DNA of 64,000 bases, taken from NCBI RefSeq assembly GCF_009914755.1, contig NC_060939.1. One strand, 5' to 3'. Origin of the DNA: the human T2T-CHM13v2.0 reference genome, Homo sapiens. The translations under genes and the position numbers were made by a program. This document shows, piece by piece, positions 40,653 to 56,836 of this stretch (positions within the stretch are counted from its first letter, which is position 1; each line of letters opens with the position of its first letter). A model generated the notes under the pieces. The model was given only the letters and a program-made list of their open reading frames with translations, ran no database searches and was not told the DNA's origin.

Positions 40653-43589
40653 CTTTGCTGACCATTTCTTCAAGGTTTCAAAGAAATGTAGCCACTAATA
40701 CTGATTCATATTTTTCCTTTTGTAAGATTTGTCTGTTTTTCTTTTTTCCTTCAACCATCCAAGAAATGTTTACTTTGATACATACTACTACCACCTTTAT
40801 CACATCAATTGCCTAATCATTTACTATTTAGAGTCATGAAAAGGCAAGTTCAACATAGACTATTGTTTTGGTACTAGGAGCTACCTTCCTTAATTTAGCA
40901 TGCTTTTAAGCACAGTTTCTAGAAAAGGATAGGTATTTTTACCAAACTGGGGAAAAAATTATTGTAATGACCTGAAAATTCTGTTGCTCAGTTTCAGTAT
41001 TTTATTTTGCAAAATCAGTATCAAATGAGTAAGCTTTTAATCTTGGCTGTCAACCATTTGTTTAAATCCCAAGTCACTAGTTATTTTTAAGAAGTTAATT
41101 TTAATGTAAGTTCTAACAGGTGGCAACTACTCCTAAGTATTGTATCTTTAATCTTTAGGTGTATTAAAAACTGTTTAATTTAACTATAACTAAATGTATT
41201 ACTCATATTTAAATTTTTGACATATTTACATTTCCTTTCAATCAAACAACAAAAGTTTTGCTGATTAATTAGCTCACAAGAAAAACACTATGGTAATGCT
41301 AAGTTGTTATTGAAACTGGTAATAAAATATCTAGTGGAAAGAAAAGTAGCATTAAGTGAAATGCTTGGTTTTTCTTATTAGCCTTTTTTGATTTTCACAT
41401 ATTCACCATTCTCATACCTTTATTTTGCGTTAGGAACTTATGCACCAAGATCATTTCATTAATATCTTTAAAATTCTTGATATATTTTACTAAGTAATAT
41501 TAAACTGGTATCTATTTTACAGTAATTTTATTATACCATGAGGCATGTACTCCTAACTAGAAATTACTTGTCAGTAATACATTTTGAAAGAGAAAAGTCA
41601 TTTTGTCAGCGATTTGTTTGACTTCTTCAACAAAATTCTTGTTCAATGATATTTTAAAACATTATAGGTTATACAATTTTGCATGATGTACTTTAAAGTT
41701 TATGTAGTTTTCTTCAAAAGGAAAATATGTACAAATAATTTAGTCAAACAAGAATAAAAAACATGTTAAATTATCTTATTAGTGCTTAAGGTTACAAAGA
41801 GACTTTTAAAATCAACAATAGGCAAAATTTGAATTAGCAAAATTTAAGATGTATATTTTACATATTTTTTTCTGGTTAGGGTAATAAAACACGTTAATGC
41901 TACATTTAAAAATATACAATGTACATTTTTTAAATAACAAAAATGTATAACGCCAACCAGAGATAACACTATGATCATATTCAGCAGTATTTCCTGCTGG
42001 GTGTTTGTTTTTGTGTTTTCATGTAGACATATACACATATCTATTTGTGTTTGGTGTGCATGTGTGTGTGTGTGTGTTGAAATAGTGAAATGTTTTTATC
42101 CTGCTTGTTTTGGCAACTTTCAGGGTTTCTTTGAATACGTGTTTGCTGACCACCTGGATGTTGTCAGCATCCACCTGTAAACTTTGAAAGACCAGCCCCT
42201 AAAAATTTTCCACTTTCTGCCATTTCTTTATTCAAATGAAGCACTCTTTTAGACTGGGGAAAAATATTTTTTAGCTTCTATTGGTGAGTTTTCTAAGTAT
42301 ATTTCTTTTTCTGAACAATGTAAACAACCAGTAAATTTTGTCTTGCTAAAAGCAGAGCATAAAAGATTCTACATAATCCCCAGGGTATATTGTTCCCAGG
42401 GTTCTTCCAGCCCTTTCTTCTAAGTAGCTTCACATCCCATTGCTCATTCCCTATTGTACAGGCAGTATTAGAATCTTGGGAGTTTTATGCTCTTTAATGG
42501 ATATAGAGTGAGAAGGTGTGGGAAAGGAGAAACAGCTTTACTGCCTGGGGAGTCCATTAGCATGAAATAGGGAGGGATTGATAGCCTTGCTTGGCAGCAG
42601 TCTAGGCCCCAGATCTCTGATAAAGGGGGCAGACATTGGAAGGTTTCTAGAAATACCCTCCCATTCCTCTCTGTCAGGTTAGTGTTTTAGGAGTTTATAT
42701 ATCAGCAGTCACTGAATAGTTCTCCATCTAGCCAGCTGCCTAAAGTTAGAAAAAGTTCCTTCCAGAAACTGGGAAATCTTTGATTGGTAACCTTAATTTC
42801 CAATACGGTTGTGATTTTGCATCCTTTTTGGTTTTCTTGGAAGTTTCCATGGGATGCTTAGAGGGATTGAGTCAGGTGCAGCTAGCTACCATCCATCATG
42901 CCCCAGAAATCACCTCAGTTAATTTTAATCAAAATGTAAAATATTTCTGTCAGCTTTCTAAGAGGAATACTGGCCTAATGCTTTAAAAAAGTTAAAATGC
43001 TGCTTTCAGTTTACTGATTATAAGTAGAATATTATTCGCCTTCAAAGTAGCCATTGTTATTACAGTGTTAACTGCTAAGTACTTCCGCCACATTTTCACA
43101 ACATAATTGGATGTCTTCATAAACTGTCATACTCAAGCATATGTCCTGTACACTCTAACTCTACATCAATACCTTTAGTTTATATTTGGGTTCATATTAC
43201 TTTAATTTGTTTTAATTAAGTAATGTTTCTTGGTCAATTAGTATGCACAAGAAAACACTGTGCTAAATATGGGCTGGATATATATCTTAAATTTTGCTGA
43301 TTCAAATTTTGCCTATTGTTGACTTTAAGAGTCTCTTTGTAACCTCAAGTACTAAGAAGAAAGATAATTCAACTTGTTTTTTTATTCTTTGATAAACTAA
43401 AAACTTATGTATATTTCTCTTTGTTTTTGTAAATAAAACTGCATAACCTTTAAAGTATATAATGTAAAACTGTATAAAGCTATAATACTTATTGGGGAAT
43501 AAGTCAAACAAATCAATAACACAATGCTTTTTTTTCTTTCAAAAGTTATCAAAGCATAAACAAAACACATTCCAGAAGGAACAGATACG

Positions 43590-44280
43590 TATACAAGTAA
43601 TACACAATATTGAAGAAAGAGGGCCAAAGTAAATAAAATCATTATGTCAAAGATATATCTGTAGTCCCATGTTCATTGCAGCATTAGTCACAATAACTAA
43701 GACATGGAATCAACCTAAGTGTTAGTCAATGGGTGAATGTATTGAGAAAATGTACTATGTACTCACAATGGAATACTTTTAGCCTTAAAAAAAAGAATGA
43801 AATCTTGTCATTTGCAACAAGATGGTTAAACCCTGGGAATATTATGGTTAAGGGAAATAAGGCAGGCACAGAAAGACAAATACTGCATAATCTCACTTAT
43901 ATGTGGCATCAAAAAACAAAACAAAACAAAACTGGAATTCACGGAAATAAAGAGCGGAATGGTGATTACCAGGGTCTTAGGGAAAGGAGGCGGATTGTGG
44001 AGCTATTGGTCAAGGAATACAAAATTTTAGTTAGATGGGAGGAATAAATTCCAGAAATTCATTTTACAACATGGTGACTATAGTTAATAACAATGTGTTG
44101 TATTCTTGAAAAGAGCAAAGCGAATAGATTTTATGTTTTCTCACCACAAAAAAAGATAAGTATGGGAGGTAGTGCAAATGTTAATTAGCTTAATTCAGCC
44201 ATTCCATATTGTATACATATTTCAAACCAACATATTGTACATGATAAACATGTAATTTTTATTTGTCAATTAAAAATAAA
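43590..44280 (+). mobile_element. L1MA 3' end
   Basis: cccatgttcattgcagcatta...ggaatcaacctaagtgt...ttgtcaattaaaaataaa. Confidence 0.85.
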
Positions 44281-44899
44281 GAATTTTTTTTTATAAAGAG
44301 AGTGAGGAGGATAAATTAAGAGAAGCTATACCATGGTGGATGGTTAAGAAGGAGTCTCTAAAGATACACTGCCTGAATTCCAGTCTTTGAGAGAGAACCT
44401 TACCTGCTCTGTGACTTTAAAGAAAAAAAGAATTAGAAAAGGAAAGAAATGTTTAATTATGACAAATACAGAGAGGACATTAGACTTCAGAAACATTGGC
44501 AAAACAAAAACAATTAAGTATTTAAAGACTAAGTTGGAATTACTAAGGTTACCTAGTTTACTTGGTGTTTTCATGCTGTTCATGATAGGAACAGCAGCTT
44601 TCCATCTTGATTTTATATTTTCAGAGATCATTCTAAATCTTCAGTTATAACATTGTCAAAGTCAGGCTGAAAATTGTTTTGTTAGGAAGTTTGGGTACTA
44701 CAGAAAAATTCAAGGTTTTGTATCTTAGAGATCAGAAGCAGACAGTAATTCTGTGATATTTGGATTATCTCCAGGTACAAAGTATTTTTTTTTCCTTCTG
44801 ACTGTGGTATGTGAAGTGGTCGTTCTTAATGAAAGCATGGCAGGAGTGTCCATTTTCACTTCTACACTTTCTAAATTGTTTTTCTGCTTCCACTGCCGA

Positions 44900-46520
44900 C
44901 TCATTTGAATCCATCTTTATACCACTTCAGAGTCATCTTTTCAAATTAATCTGATAATGCTAGCTCTTTCTGCAGAAATCTCAGGTAACTTCATGTAGTT
45001 CACAAGAGAAAATCAAAACTCCTTGGCTAGATATTGTACCAATCAAGGTTTGGCCTTGACCTACTTTACCTTGGTCATCCCCTGGTACCTCTTCACTTTC
45101 CATCTTATTTCCTCTTAGTGCAAACTCCTGTCACTCTATTAACATTGATCTTGCTAAGGTCATGATGATGTTTATTTGTCAAGTCAAATAACTTCTTTTC
45201 TGTCCTATTTTATAAGACTCTTACTGCACTTAACAGTATCAATCATCCTTTTATCAAGATTATCCTGATTCCAGTTTCCTGGGTTTACTTTTACCTATCT
45301 AGTATTTATTTAGTCTCAATTATAGAATTTACTTTTTTTCTTCTTGTATAATTTCCTTTCATATGGCTATTTCCCAGGTGACATTCTCTAACATTTCTTC
45401 ATTTATTGTACATATTTTCCCTAGGTAATCTTATCCTTTCTCATGGTTTTTGATAATTCATGATGATGATCCCAAATCTAGGTGTTTAGTCCATGTCTCC
45501 AAAAACCAGTAACATTCCTACATGGAAGCTCTATGAGCACCTTAAGCTCATAGTTGACTAGATACATTATCCCCACCTTCAATTTTTTTCAATTTTTAGT
45601 TCCCAGCTCACTTGGCAGAAGAACCATTCACGTAGTCACTCAAACTAGAACCTTGAAACTTAACCTTTTCTCTTCCCCATCCTGCTCTCCTTATGAATTC
45701 TAAGTCCTGACAGTTATTCCTCTCTGAATATTTCTCAAATCCATTTCCTCCTCATCATCTACACACAACTACTCTAGTTCAGACATCCATCGTCTCTTCT
45801 CTTCATAGCCTCCTAATTGGACTCTTTACTTTCACCTTCCTTAAACTCATCCTCCTACATGCTCCTTCCATCAAATTAACCTATTTAAAATCCAGATCTG
45901 ATTATTTCACTTCCTAAGACATGTTGAAGAACTAGAGTTCCTTGCTAATACTTTTTAACTTATATTTACTCTAAGATTTTGAACTTTCTCCAAAAATGTT
46001 TTTTGATGCATAGAATAGATCCAACTTACCTAACATGTTACATAAGACTCTCTGTAAACCCCTCAGACTTATCTTTGGCCATACCAATCCTAATTGTTCT
46101 CTTGGAAATTTGTGCTCTGTTAACCTAATATTGCTGGAGTTCACTTTACACAATATTTTCTTTCTTTCCATAGTGCCTTGATTTGTACTTTTCCATTCCT
46201 CTGGAATACATTCTTTATCCATCAATGATATCAAACTCTATGCCACGCTTGGCTATCTCTTAGTCATTCATTGACTGTTAGCCCAGCCTCATCTCAAGAC
46301 ATCTCCCCTGACCCTCCTCACCAGGCTGTGATATACACATTCTAACTGAGTGTCTTCATAGCACTCTTCTATGCCTTTTTCATAATTTTTGCATAACTGT
46401 ACAAAATTTATTACATGACCGATTCCCCCAGCAGTCTATAAGCAGATTCATTACTGCATATCCAAAGCTAATATAGCATCTGCCATGTAAGTGTGCTCAG
46501 TAAATATTTGTTGGACCAAC
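44900..46520 (-). mobile_element. Degraded L2 fragments
   Basis: Pyrimidine-rich L2-like text ending gtgctcagtaaatatttgttg. Boundaries are approximate. Confidence 0.55.
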
Positions 46521-47429
46521 TTGTAGAGAAGCTAAGCTCTTCACTCTTTCATGATCATTACCTCAACTCTCATTCTGTAGTCCTTGTGTTTCCTTCTGAC
46601 TTCTCCTCTCTTCACCGCTATGGGATTCAATTCGGCCTTTGGAGGATTGCCCTGCACCTCCAAGCCTGCTCCTCCATCCTATGGCCCACCCAAACCTTTT
46701 GGCTGCCTCTATGATTGCACTTTCTGCTGTACAACAAAATTAGGATTCGAGGTATGTGCTTCTCTTTTAAGAGTATGCATTTTATTAGATGAAGACTATG
46801 TTTTAATCAACTCCACATCCTTACCATTAAGAAGAGTACCAGGAATACAGTAAGTACATAACCAGTGAAGAAAGAGTACTCTGACCAGATGGCTTGAATA
46901 GGAAAAAAATGGTTAAATACTATAAAACTCTTAGAATAAATTATAATACTAATTCTAATCAATTTTCATAGATGAATGTATTATAATTACTATTTGACTA
47001 TACATTGAAGTTATTTTTAAAAGAGAAGCTTAAAGTGTGAATGTAAGTTGGACATTACTTTTTTCTAACTTTTCTGTGAATAACATATGTTAGCACTAAT
47101 GATAAATGTGTGGTGAAGATTGTATTAAACTATATAACTCAAGACTACACTTATTTACATGACGTTTCCTGAATTATACAAATTTTCACATATAACCTAT
47201 GAATTATTTATTAACCTCTCATTTTGATCATGAAACACTGCTCTGGCATTCAAAAACCACAGTTTCTTAGGGTATTTTTATCATCAAGATATTTGCTTAA
47301 CCATCTCAAAGTATAAAATAGGCAAAGGGTGGTTTTTGATACTTCTAATCTTCCCATATTGCATTTGTATTTCCCTCAGATGACTTTTAAGTAGTGAGCA
47401 ATGTTCAATAATTGTGTCATTTACTTTCA

Positions 47430-48655
47430 AATTTATTTAGTTTATTTTAAACTGACAGATAAAATTATACATATTTATCATGTACAATATGATGCCTTGA
47501 GGCACATATACTCTGTGGTATGATTAAATCTAGCTGATTAACGTATACATCATCTCACATAGTTATCATTTTTGTGGGAGAACTTTTAACATCCGTTCTC
47601 CTAGCGTTTTTCACAAATACAATATATCATCATTAACTATAGTCACCATTCTGTAAAATAGATCTTTAGGACTTATCCCCCCATTTAATAAAATGTTATA
47701 TCCTTTGACCAGGATCTTCCCAACCCTGCACCCCCTAACTGCTCCAACCTCTAGTAACTACCTTTCAACTCTCTACTTCTCTGACTTCAACCTTTCAGAC
47801 TGTACATATGAGTGAGATCATGCTGTATTTGTCTTTCTGTGTCTGGCTTATTTCACATAATGTCCTCCAGGTTCATCCATGTTGTTGCAAATGGCAGGAT
47901 TTCCTTCTTTTTATGACTGAACAGTATTCTCTGATGTATATAACCATATTTTCTTTATCCATTCATCTACTGATAGATACTTAGGTTGATTCTATTCCTT
48001 GGCTGTTGTGCTGCAATACACATGGGAGTGCAGATATCTCTTTGACGTGCTGATTTCGTCTTATTTGTAGATATATCCATTAATGGGAATGATGAATCAT
48101 ATGATTGTCCTATTTTTTAGTTTTTTGAAGAACCACCATACTATTTCCCTTAATGGCTGTACTAATTTACATTCCCACCAACAGTATACAGGGTTCCCTT
48201 TTCTCCACATCCTTGCAAAACACTTCTTACCTCTTATCTTTTGGGTAATAGCCATTCTAATAGGAGTGAGGTAATATCTGATGTGGTCTTAATCGGCATT
48301 TCCCTGATGATTGGTGATGTTGAACTTTTTTTATATATACCTTTCAGCCTTTTCTGTGTCTTCTTTTGAAAACTGCCTATGTGGGTCTTTTGCCCATTTT
48401 TACTCGGATTATTTGTTTTCTTGCTACTGAGTTATTCAAGGTTCTTATATGGTTTGGGTATTAACACCTTATCAGATGTACAGTTGACATTTTGTTACAG
48501 TTGATTACAGTTGACAGTTGATATTTTCTCTCATCCTGCAGGTTATCTCTTCACTCTCTTGAGTTTTTCCTTTGCTGTGCAGAAACTTTTTAATTTGATG
48601 TGCTCTTGTTTATCTGGTTTTGCTTCTTTTGCCTGTGCTTTTGAGGTCATATCAA
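47430..48655 (-). mobile_element. 5'-truncated L1MA
   Basis: Antisense L1MA 3' end related to 38201-39720. Possible TSD aatt(g/a)tgtcattt. Confidence 0.88.
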
Positions 48656-50228
48656 AAAAATAATTATGTCATTTTTTACATAAATCTTTTAGTTTCACTT
48701 ATAAAAATCATCCTGTGAATGCCTTAAGTAAGTTATTCCTGTGTCGCTCTACTATTTATGCTTGAAGTAACCACTAAGCTGCTGTTGCTTCCTTAACCAA
48801 GCACCAAAAATCTCAAGGTGGCAGCTAAAAAAGTAAAGCCAAGTAATATGGCTGCTTTATGAGAGCACCAATCCTTTCTAAAACCAAGAACAAGATTACT
48901 CAGCCTGATGACCTCCAGTATCCCTCTAAAAAGACAATGCAGGGTCTGGGTAATAACCCCCTTGTTTTTGAGTGTCCTAACAATTTATTTTCAAAATTGA
49001 CTATGGCATTTCTATATCTCTTCTTCCCCCTAGTTCTTTTATTGTCACCTACACCATTTTAGGCATTACATTTTCCACAACTTTTGACCTGTGATTTTAG
49101 TCTGACAAATGTAATTACTTGTGAATTGTTGAAAAAAAAAAAAAAGAAATGTGATAGCATAGCTCTAAGAATTTTTAATTTCTATTTTTAACTAATATTT
49201 TTTGTTAAATAAATAATATTGTTTGTGGATTCTTAATACATATTAATTATAATCAATTCAGTGTATAATAAAGTCATAACACTTATCATTTCCTTAAAGA
49301 AGCAGTCATTAATAATCGAAATCCAGGGTTAATTTGCACAAATCATGGAACTCACATAGCATAAATTTTTATTCGTGATTCTTAAAGATGCACCTTTAAA
49401 GATTTAACCTTTTTTGTTAATCAGTATTATGACAAAGTAGGTAGCAAGGTGCCTGGTTAAGATATAAGAAAAGCCACAGTTTTCAGGACCATCATTTATT
49501 TTTTGTGAGTGCCACTCAGGGCAGCTATTTATGTATGTGTTCAATAATACAAAATTCAGAAATGTCTAGATGCTTTGGTGGCATAGTAAGATATGAGAGC
49601 AAAATAGGATCACATTATATAGTGAAATTTTCTTTCCTCCATGTATATTTTATCTTTCACTTTTATCATAAGCTGTGCTTTCCATTTTCAAGTCTTTTGT
49701 TGTAGTTCAAATGAAAAAGGTTTCCTTGAGAGAAGTAACAAACTTGGACCCTTGATGCTTCTGATGGGTATAAATGATACCATTATTCAAGGTTTAAAAG
49801 AAATGATCTTTAAGCATAAAGCTGGCATTATTCAATCTGTTCTCACTATTCATCTGTTTGCCTAATTAAATCTTGTCTGTAACAAAGTGCTTAGAAAAGA
49901 GAATTGCTTACAGAAGATATTTCTTTCTGAAAAATCATACAAACTGGACTCAAGTCAGAGGTTAAATTGACTTATTAATTCAATGTATATTGAGAGGAGG
50001 GTGTCTTGCTACTTTACAACTGTGAGAGGCATACAAATGCAAAACAACATTTTGGTGAAAATATGACATTTCAGGAACCAAAATAAGTAGAAGCAGGGTT
50101 GAGGAAGTAGGGAAACTCCTGCGCAGTTGCTTTCCGATGGTGCTAAATTCCACTGGAAATTGTACTTTTGGTGCATACATGCAACATTCAAAGTTGAGTT
50201 TACACATCTTTGTGGCAAATTACGTTCT

Positions 50229-51565
<1,337 letters not shown>

Positions 51566-51776
51566 GGCAAATTACCCTCTAATTAAGGCACTTTACATTT
51601 GTGAATGGGAAATTTTCAAAAGGCCAAAATTGTTTTTCTTTCAATTAGAGATTGTGCAGTTTTCTCTCCTTTTCATAGATGTAGCTGTGGAATTAATTGC
51701 TGATGTTAGAAGCTCTGTTGTTGTATGAATTAATTAATTTCTGTCTTAAAAACACTTTATGTTTTTTGTCTTTCAG

Positions 51777-51933
51777 GCACTTTTCATGTCTGTCTTCTAA
51801 ATACATGTGCCCCGGTGTCCCTGCCGTCATGAGCACCTTGCTGGCTAATATAAATGCTTTTTATGCTCACACAACAGTTTCAACAAACATACAGGTTTCT
51901 GCCTCAGATCGATTTGCTGCTACCAACTTTGGT
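51777..51933 (+). CDS. UNC13C: UNC13C coding exon (157 nt)
   Basis: Acceptor tctttcag, donor GGT|gtaagt. AC+G gives Thr, then [52 protein letters not shown] (visible in ORF 51697..51951). The 'NIQVS' segment is recalled as distinguishing UNC13C from UNC13A/B. Confidence 0.97.
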
Positions 51934-54439
51934 GTAAGTATAATTTTTTAAACTTTAAAATTCCTAGCAGCTTATGGGAGTTACATTTCAAGAGACTTTG
52001 AACTTAAGATATTCCTGGAATCTTATTGCAGAAAGGACATTTTAGGGAATAGCGTAATGGGTTCCAGCTCAAAGTTCATTTGAAACATTTTTAGTAAATT
52101 AACTTTGACAATCAATAAGAATTTTCATTAGATTGAATCTTCATATCTTAAAGGATCTTTTTCAGTGAGGGAAAAACATACATTTTATAAGAGAATGCTG
52201 GGACTTTATAGGGAATTCTCAACATATGCAAATTTGGTATTCAACATTTCAGATTCACTGTCTTGTAGATATAGTTCCCTAGTAAGTGTGAGCTTGGCTG
52301 CCATCTCTGGAACATATTAGGCTCCATTTGCACTTCCTATTGGTTCCTTCTGGTACTGATGGATAGTGGCACATCCTCTAAGTAAAACATGGCATGTGTT
52401 TAAGGAGCCTACAAAAAACAATCTGTGCCTAATTAAGGCTGTCCATCTGACATATGCAAAGGCATCAAGAATGCATTGAAAAGTAGAAATTCAGGGAATC
52501 AAAGGAGCCCCAAGAATTCGTCTGTTGCATCCATCAGTGTAACTCTTTCTCTGCAAGTATACTGTAACTGAAATTGGCAAGACTGGAAATAGGATATAAA
52601 CTAAGAGTATTTCTAGTAAAGTGGTAAGAGTCAGAATTAAAAATGAGTGGAGATGGAGAAGAGAGGATAGATACCAAAGGTTTTCAGGGCATAAAATCAG
52701 CAGCCTCAATAGCATTTGGTATGTTTGGGGACATGGACAGGGAGGGAAGGAGAAGATGCCTGGAAATATTCCCAGGTTTCTGGTCAGGGCAAATGGGTAG
52801 GCAGTAGCGCTGTTCAGTAATCCTGTGAGACAGGTTTTTTGTTCTCTTTTTTTTTTTTCATGGAGGAAACTAAGATCAGTTGTGGGAAGGTGATTTTTCA
52901 TGGCACAATGTTGTTTCCACTGCACTTCCAATTTAGTTTACTGAATATATTTTTGTTACAGAGTATATTGTTTAGAAATCAAATTTTGAGTTATGTGTCA
53001 TAGAAAAGAAACAGTTGAGACACAGCAAATAAAAGAGTGAAAACCCAATAGGGAAAAAGATGTGCTCCTGTGTTTACTCTTTTTCTGTCCTTTTCCTCTG
53101 AAAGAGAAATGCATGCGAGGTGTATGAAGTGAATTAGAATAATCAAAGGAAAGTATAATTGTTATTTAATGCCAAATCAAATAAAATGCCAGTAAAGGAG
53201 ACTACTCTTTGGGTTAGGAGTTATGCAGTTTCACTTTTTGTTGAAATTTAGCAAGTCAGTTTAGTCGTCTAAGCCTCAGTTCCTCAACATGCTCAATGAA
53301 GAAGATAATTCTTACTTTAACATGTTTCTCAAATTTAAAATAATGATAAAATGAGATAAAAGATGGCAAGCCAGTTGATAAAAGCTAAAAGTGTCAGTGT
53401 ATAAAATATGAGAATTTTGTCTCTCCTGCCTTACCTACAGTATAACCTACAGTATCAGCTACTTTTGTTAGACAGATTGACTCTTGCAGAAGCTGGAACC
53501 AAAGAACGTTCCCTAGCCAGTTCAACAAAATCCTGTTGTTACCAAATACCAGATCATAGAACAGCTTTGTTATAAAAACCTCATCTTAGTAACAGCACTT
53601 GCTGTCTTGGGATTTTACCTATAATATAAAGCATGCTGCACTATGAAATTGTTTTGCTTCTAATATTCCGTCTGTGTATATTGTGAAGAAAAAGCCAACA
53701 TCATGGAACATTGAGCCTTTCTCCCTCTGAGAAAGATGTGTTTAAGTGATTAATATCCACCATAAAAACTACCTAGAGGAAAATTAGATAACATGCTCCT
53801 TTACTTCATGTTGACCCAAAGAAGAGACAGCAGATTGATTTCAGTACATTTTAGTATTTCAGTGGCAGTGTAGTTATAACAAACTTCCTTTTGTAAATCC
53901 AATAACTTATTATAGAATAGGGCCAAAAGAAAGAGAAATGTTTCCTCAAACTACATCAGAAAAGTTGGTGATTTGGTATATAAATTTGACTATATTTTTC
54001 TAGCTATCAAAAATAATGCCATTTGATGAGTCAAATATACCTAAGTATATCTCCTGCCTCTACATTGGAACCTCAGGTTTTTATTCACCTAACTGTTAAA
54101 GCTGATTCTGTCATCTGGGACACATTGACAATTATATGCTCCCTTCTTGATCCTTCTCAAAGGTGCATAGCCCACACATTTTGAGACTCCAAACCAGTAG
54201 AAAAAGCTTTCTTACCTATGAGAATTGTAAAACAAATCTTTAAGAAAAGAAAACCATTTTACATTTAGACCTTTTCAAGTATAAATCTTATTTGAAATCA
54301 TGATGTGGATGAAATATGTTCAAAAATAAAGTGAAAAGGACAGAACCCTTGGGTGTACAGAAGAGATGCAAGCAAAGTTTACCTAGGAAAATGGCTAGAC
54401 CAATTGGATGACAGTGATTTTTTTTTAAAATGTGATTTT

Positions 54440-54497
54440 ATCGCACCATTGCACTCCAGCCTGGGCAACAGAATGAGACCCTGTCTCTAAAAAAAAA
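54440..54497 (+). mobile_element. Severely 5'-truncated Alu 3' end
   Basis: atcgcaccattgcactccagcctgggcaacagaatgagaccctgtctct followed by A9. Confidence 0.85.
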
Positions 54498-54694
54498 GTG
54501 ATAACTGTAAAAGGTAAGGTAAACTATTTTGGGAAAAGGGTAGTATATCATATAATTAACTGTCATAGAGAGTTCAAGTAAAATGGAGAAAGAAATTAGC
54601 CCATTGAATTTGGCAAGTAGAATGTCATTGGTCAGTGAAGCAATTGAGGTTGAAGCCTGATTTCACGAAGTTTGTTCAGTGAATGGCATATAAC

Positions 54695-54917
54695 AAGCTT
54701 ATCCAACCCACAGCCCGTGGGCCACATGCAGCCCAGAGTGGCTTTGAATATAGCCCAATACAAATTCGTAAACTTTCTTAAAACATTGTGAGACTTATGC
54801 ATGATTTTTTTTATTCCTCATCAGCTATCATTAGTGTTAGCGTATTTTATGTGTGGCCCAAGACAATTCTTCTTTTTCTATTGTGGCTCATGGAAGCCAA
54901 AAGATTGAATATCCCTG
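54695..54917. mobile_element. MER30 MITE
   Basis: caagcttatccaacccacagcccgtgggccacatgcagccc...ggaagccaaaagattgaatatccctg. Confidence 0.85.
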
Positions 54918-55249
54918 GCATAGAAGCACAGTTATATAAATTAAAGCTCAATTATTCCATAAATATGATACAGTCATTAAAAATCGAGTTTTTATGGAAG
55001 AGGTTCAATAATTGAGCAGTGCCCATGATAATAATAAATGAAAAAAGTATGCTAAAAAACTCTATATGCAATTTAATTCCAACATTGAAGGCACACACAC
55101 ACATACATACACACACTTACACACACACATACAGGTTTAGAGATAAGACTGGAAGGAAATGTGGTCAAATACCAAAGACATAGCCACCTAGTTGGGTTAT
55201 AGCTGACATTTTGTTGGTTTTGTTTTGTATGAATCTTTATACAACAGTC

Positions 55250-55537
55250 TTTTTGTTATTATTTTACTTTAAGTTCTAGGGTACATGTGCACAACGTGCA
55301 GTTTTGTTACATAGGTATACTTGTGCCATGTTGGTTTGCTGCACCCGCCAACTCATCATTTACATTAGGTGTTTCTCCTAATGCTATCCCTCCCCCAGCC
55401 CCTCACCCCTCGACAGGCCCCGGTGTGTGATGTTCCCCTCCCTGCATCCATATGTTCTCATTGTTCACCTCCCACTCATGAGTGAGAACATGTGGTGTTT
55501 GCTTTTCTGTTCTTGTGTTACTTTGCTGAGAATGATG
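55250..55537 (-). mobile_element. Short L1PA 3'UTR fragment
   Basis: ttattattttactttaagttctagggtacatgtgcacaacgtgcag..., the same region as the start of the 31124 element. Confidence 0.92.
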
Positions 55538-56643
55538 TCTAAAATTTTTTATAAAATACCTTAAGTCTGTATTAACTTTATAACAACATTCTGAAAGAAA
55601 GCGTGAAATTGGATGAGGAAACAGACTATTCTTTCAAGGAACTTAAATCAGAAGATAAAAAGAGAGATTGGGCAAGGGTAAGAAGGTTTTTCCATATAAA
55701 AAGAGACTTTATTTTTATTATCTGCTTGGGTAGGGATTTTTAAACTATTTAATAAGGTAAATATAAACATGTTTATAGAGTGTTAGGAAAGGAGTTAGTT
55801 GCAAGAGTGAGGTTGTGAATTTCTCAGATGGGAGAATAAGTGACTATAAGTACTATCTCAGAGGAAACGAAGGAAGTGCAGTCATGAGGGCAGAAGGAGA
55901 GGCTAGCCTTTAGAATGAGAAAGGACAAACTCTGTTCTGAAATTCAAGGAAATAGTGTGAGAGTCCTTGCTGAGAACACTAAGCTTTTGATATAGAAGTG
56001 AAAAGTTGGGGTAGTTGTACCTTATTTTTTAATCCTTCTTTAAAGTTGTCAGGAAAGACAAGTGTTGCTCATTTACAAAACAATGGGCTGTGAAATGGTT
56101 GCAGAGGGGAAGGGGGTTGGTAAAAGTTTGGATAAGCTACTGAGGGGAATACAAAAAAGAATGTTTCAGGGACATGTAAAAGAAATTCCTAGTAAACTGA
56201 AAGTGTCATTTGCTGTTGGGCACTATAAATGTGTTGTCACAATTCTTGTGACAGTGAGACTTTCTTAGAGTGTGTCAGCATCCTGATGCTTATCTACTAG
56301 GAGATAAAGCTGATGGTTGGATTGACTCTAGGCTGAAATTTTGCAGAAAAGAGGCCATGGGAAGGTAAGGAAATTCATATAAAGATAATGGGGTGAAGGT
56401 AAAGTGATTTGCCATTAGCTCTAGTTTTTGGTAAGTGGAACCATGAGAAGCATGATGGATAGCAAGAGAGAAGGAGGGGAGAAGTGGGGAAAGGGACAGA
56501 GAGAGTGGAAGAGAGAAAACAGGCAGAGACAGAGGATTGTGGGAGGAACATATTAATAGCACCTTTCAGTTAACATTTTGCAAGGGAAGTCTCAGGTCCA
56601 AAAGGTAACTCAGGGAGTAGATTGTTGAAAATTGATTGTAGAA

Positions 56644-56836
56644 CAGTGGTATGCTACAACTGGCTGGTACCTGCTCATGAGAACTGATCAGTAAATTTTC
56701 AGGAATATTGCAAGCTTGTTAAACACAGCCATCCTTGAAATTGGACATATTAAAAGTATTTACAACATGAAAGTTAGCAAATGCTAAAAATCAAGGCTTT
56801 TTGCTTTCAGAGAGCCACTTTACCAGCGCATCACTG
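56644..56836. mobile_element. MER63-like hAT-Blackjack MITE
   Basis: Imperfect TIRs cagtggtatgct ... agcgcatcactg. Confidence 0.7.

Noticed and set aside
52491-52931. 146-aa minus-strand ORF
   Set aside because: Overlaps degraded L2-like sequence and has no recognisable domain or splice context.
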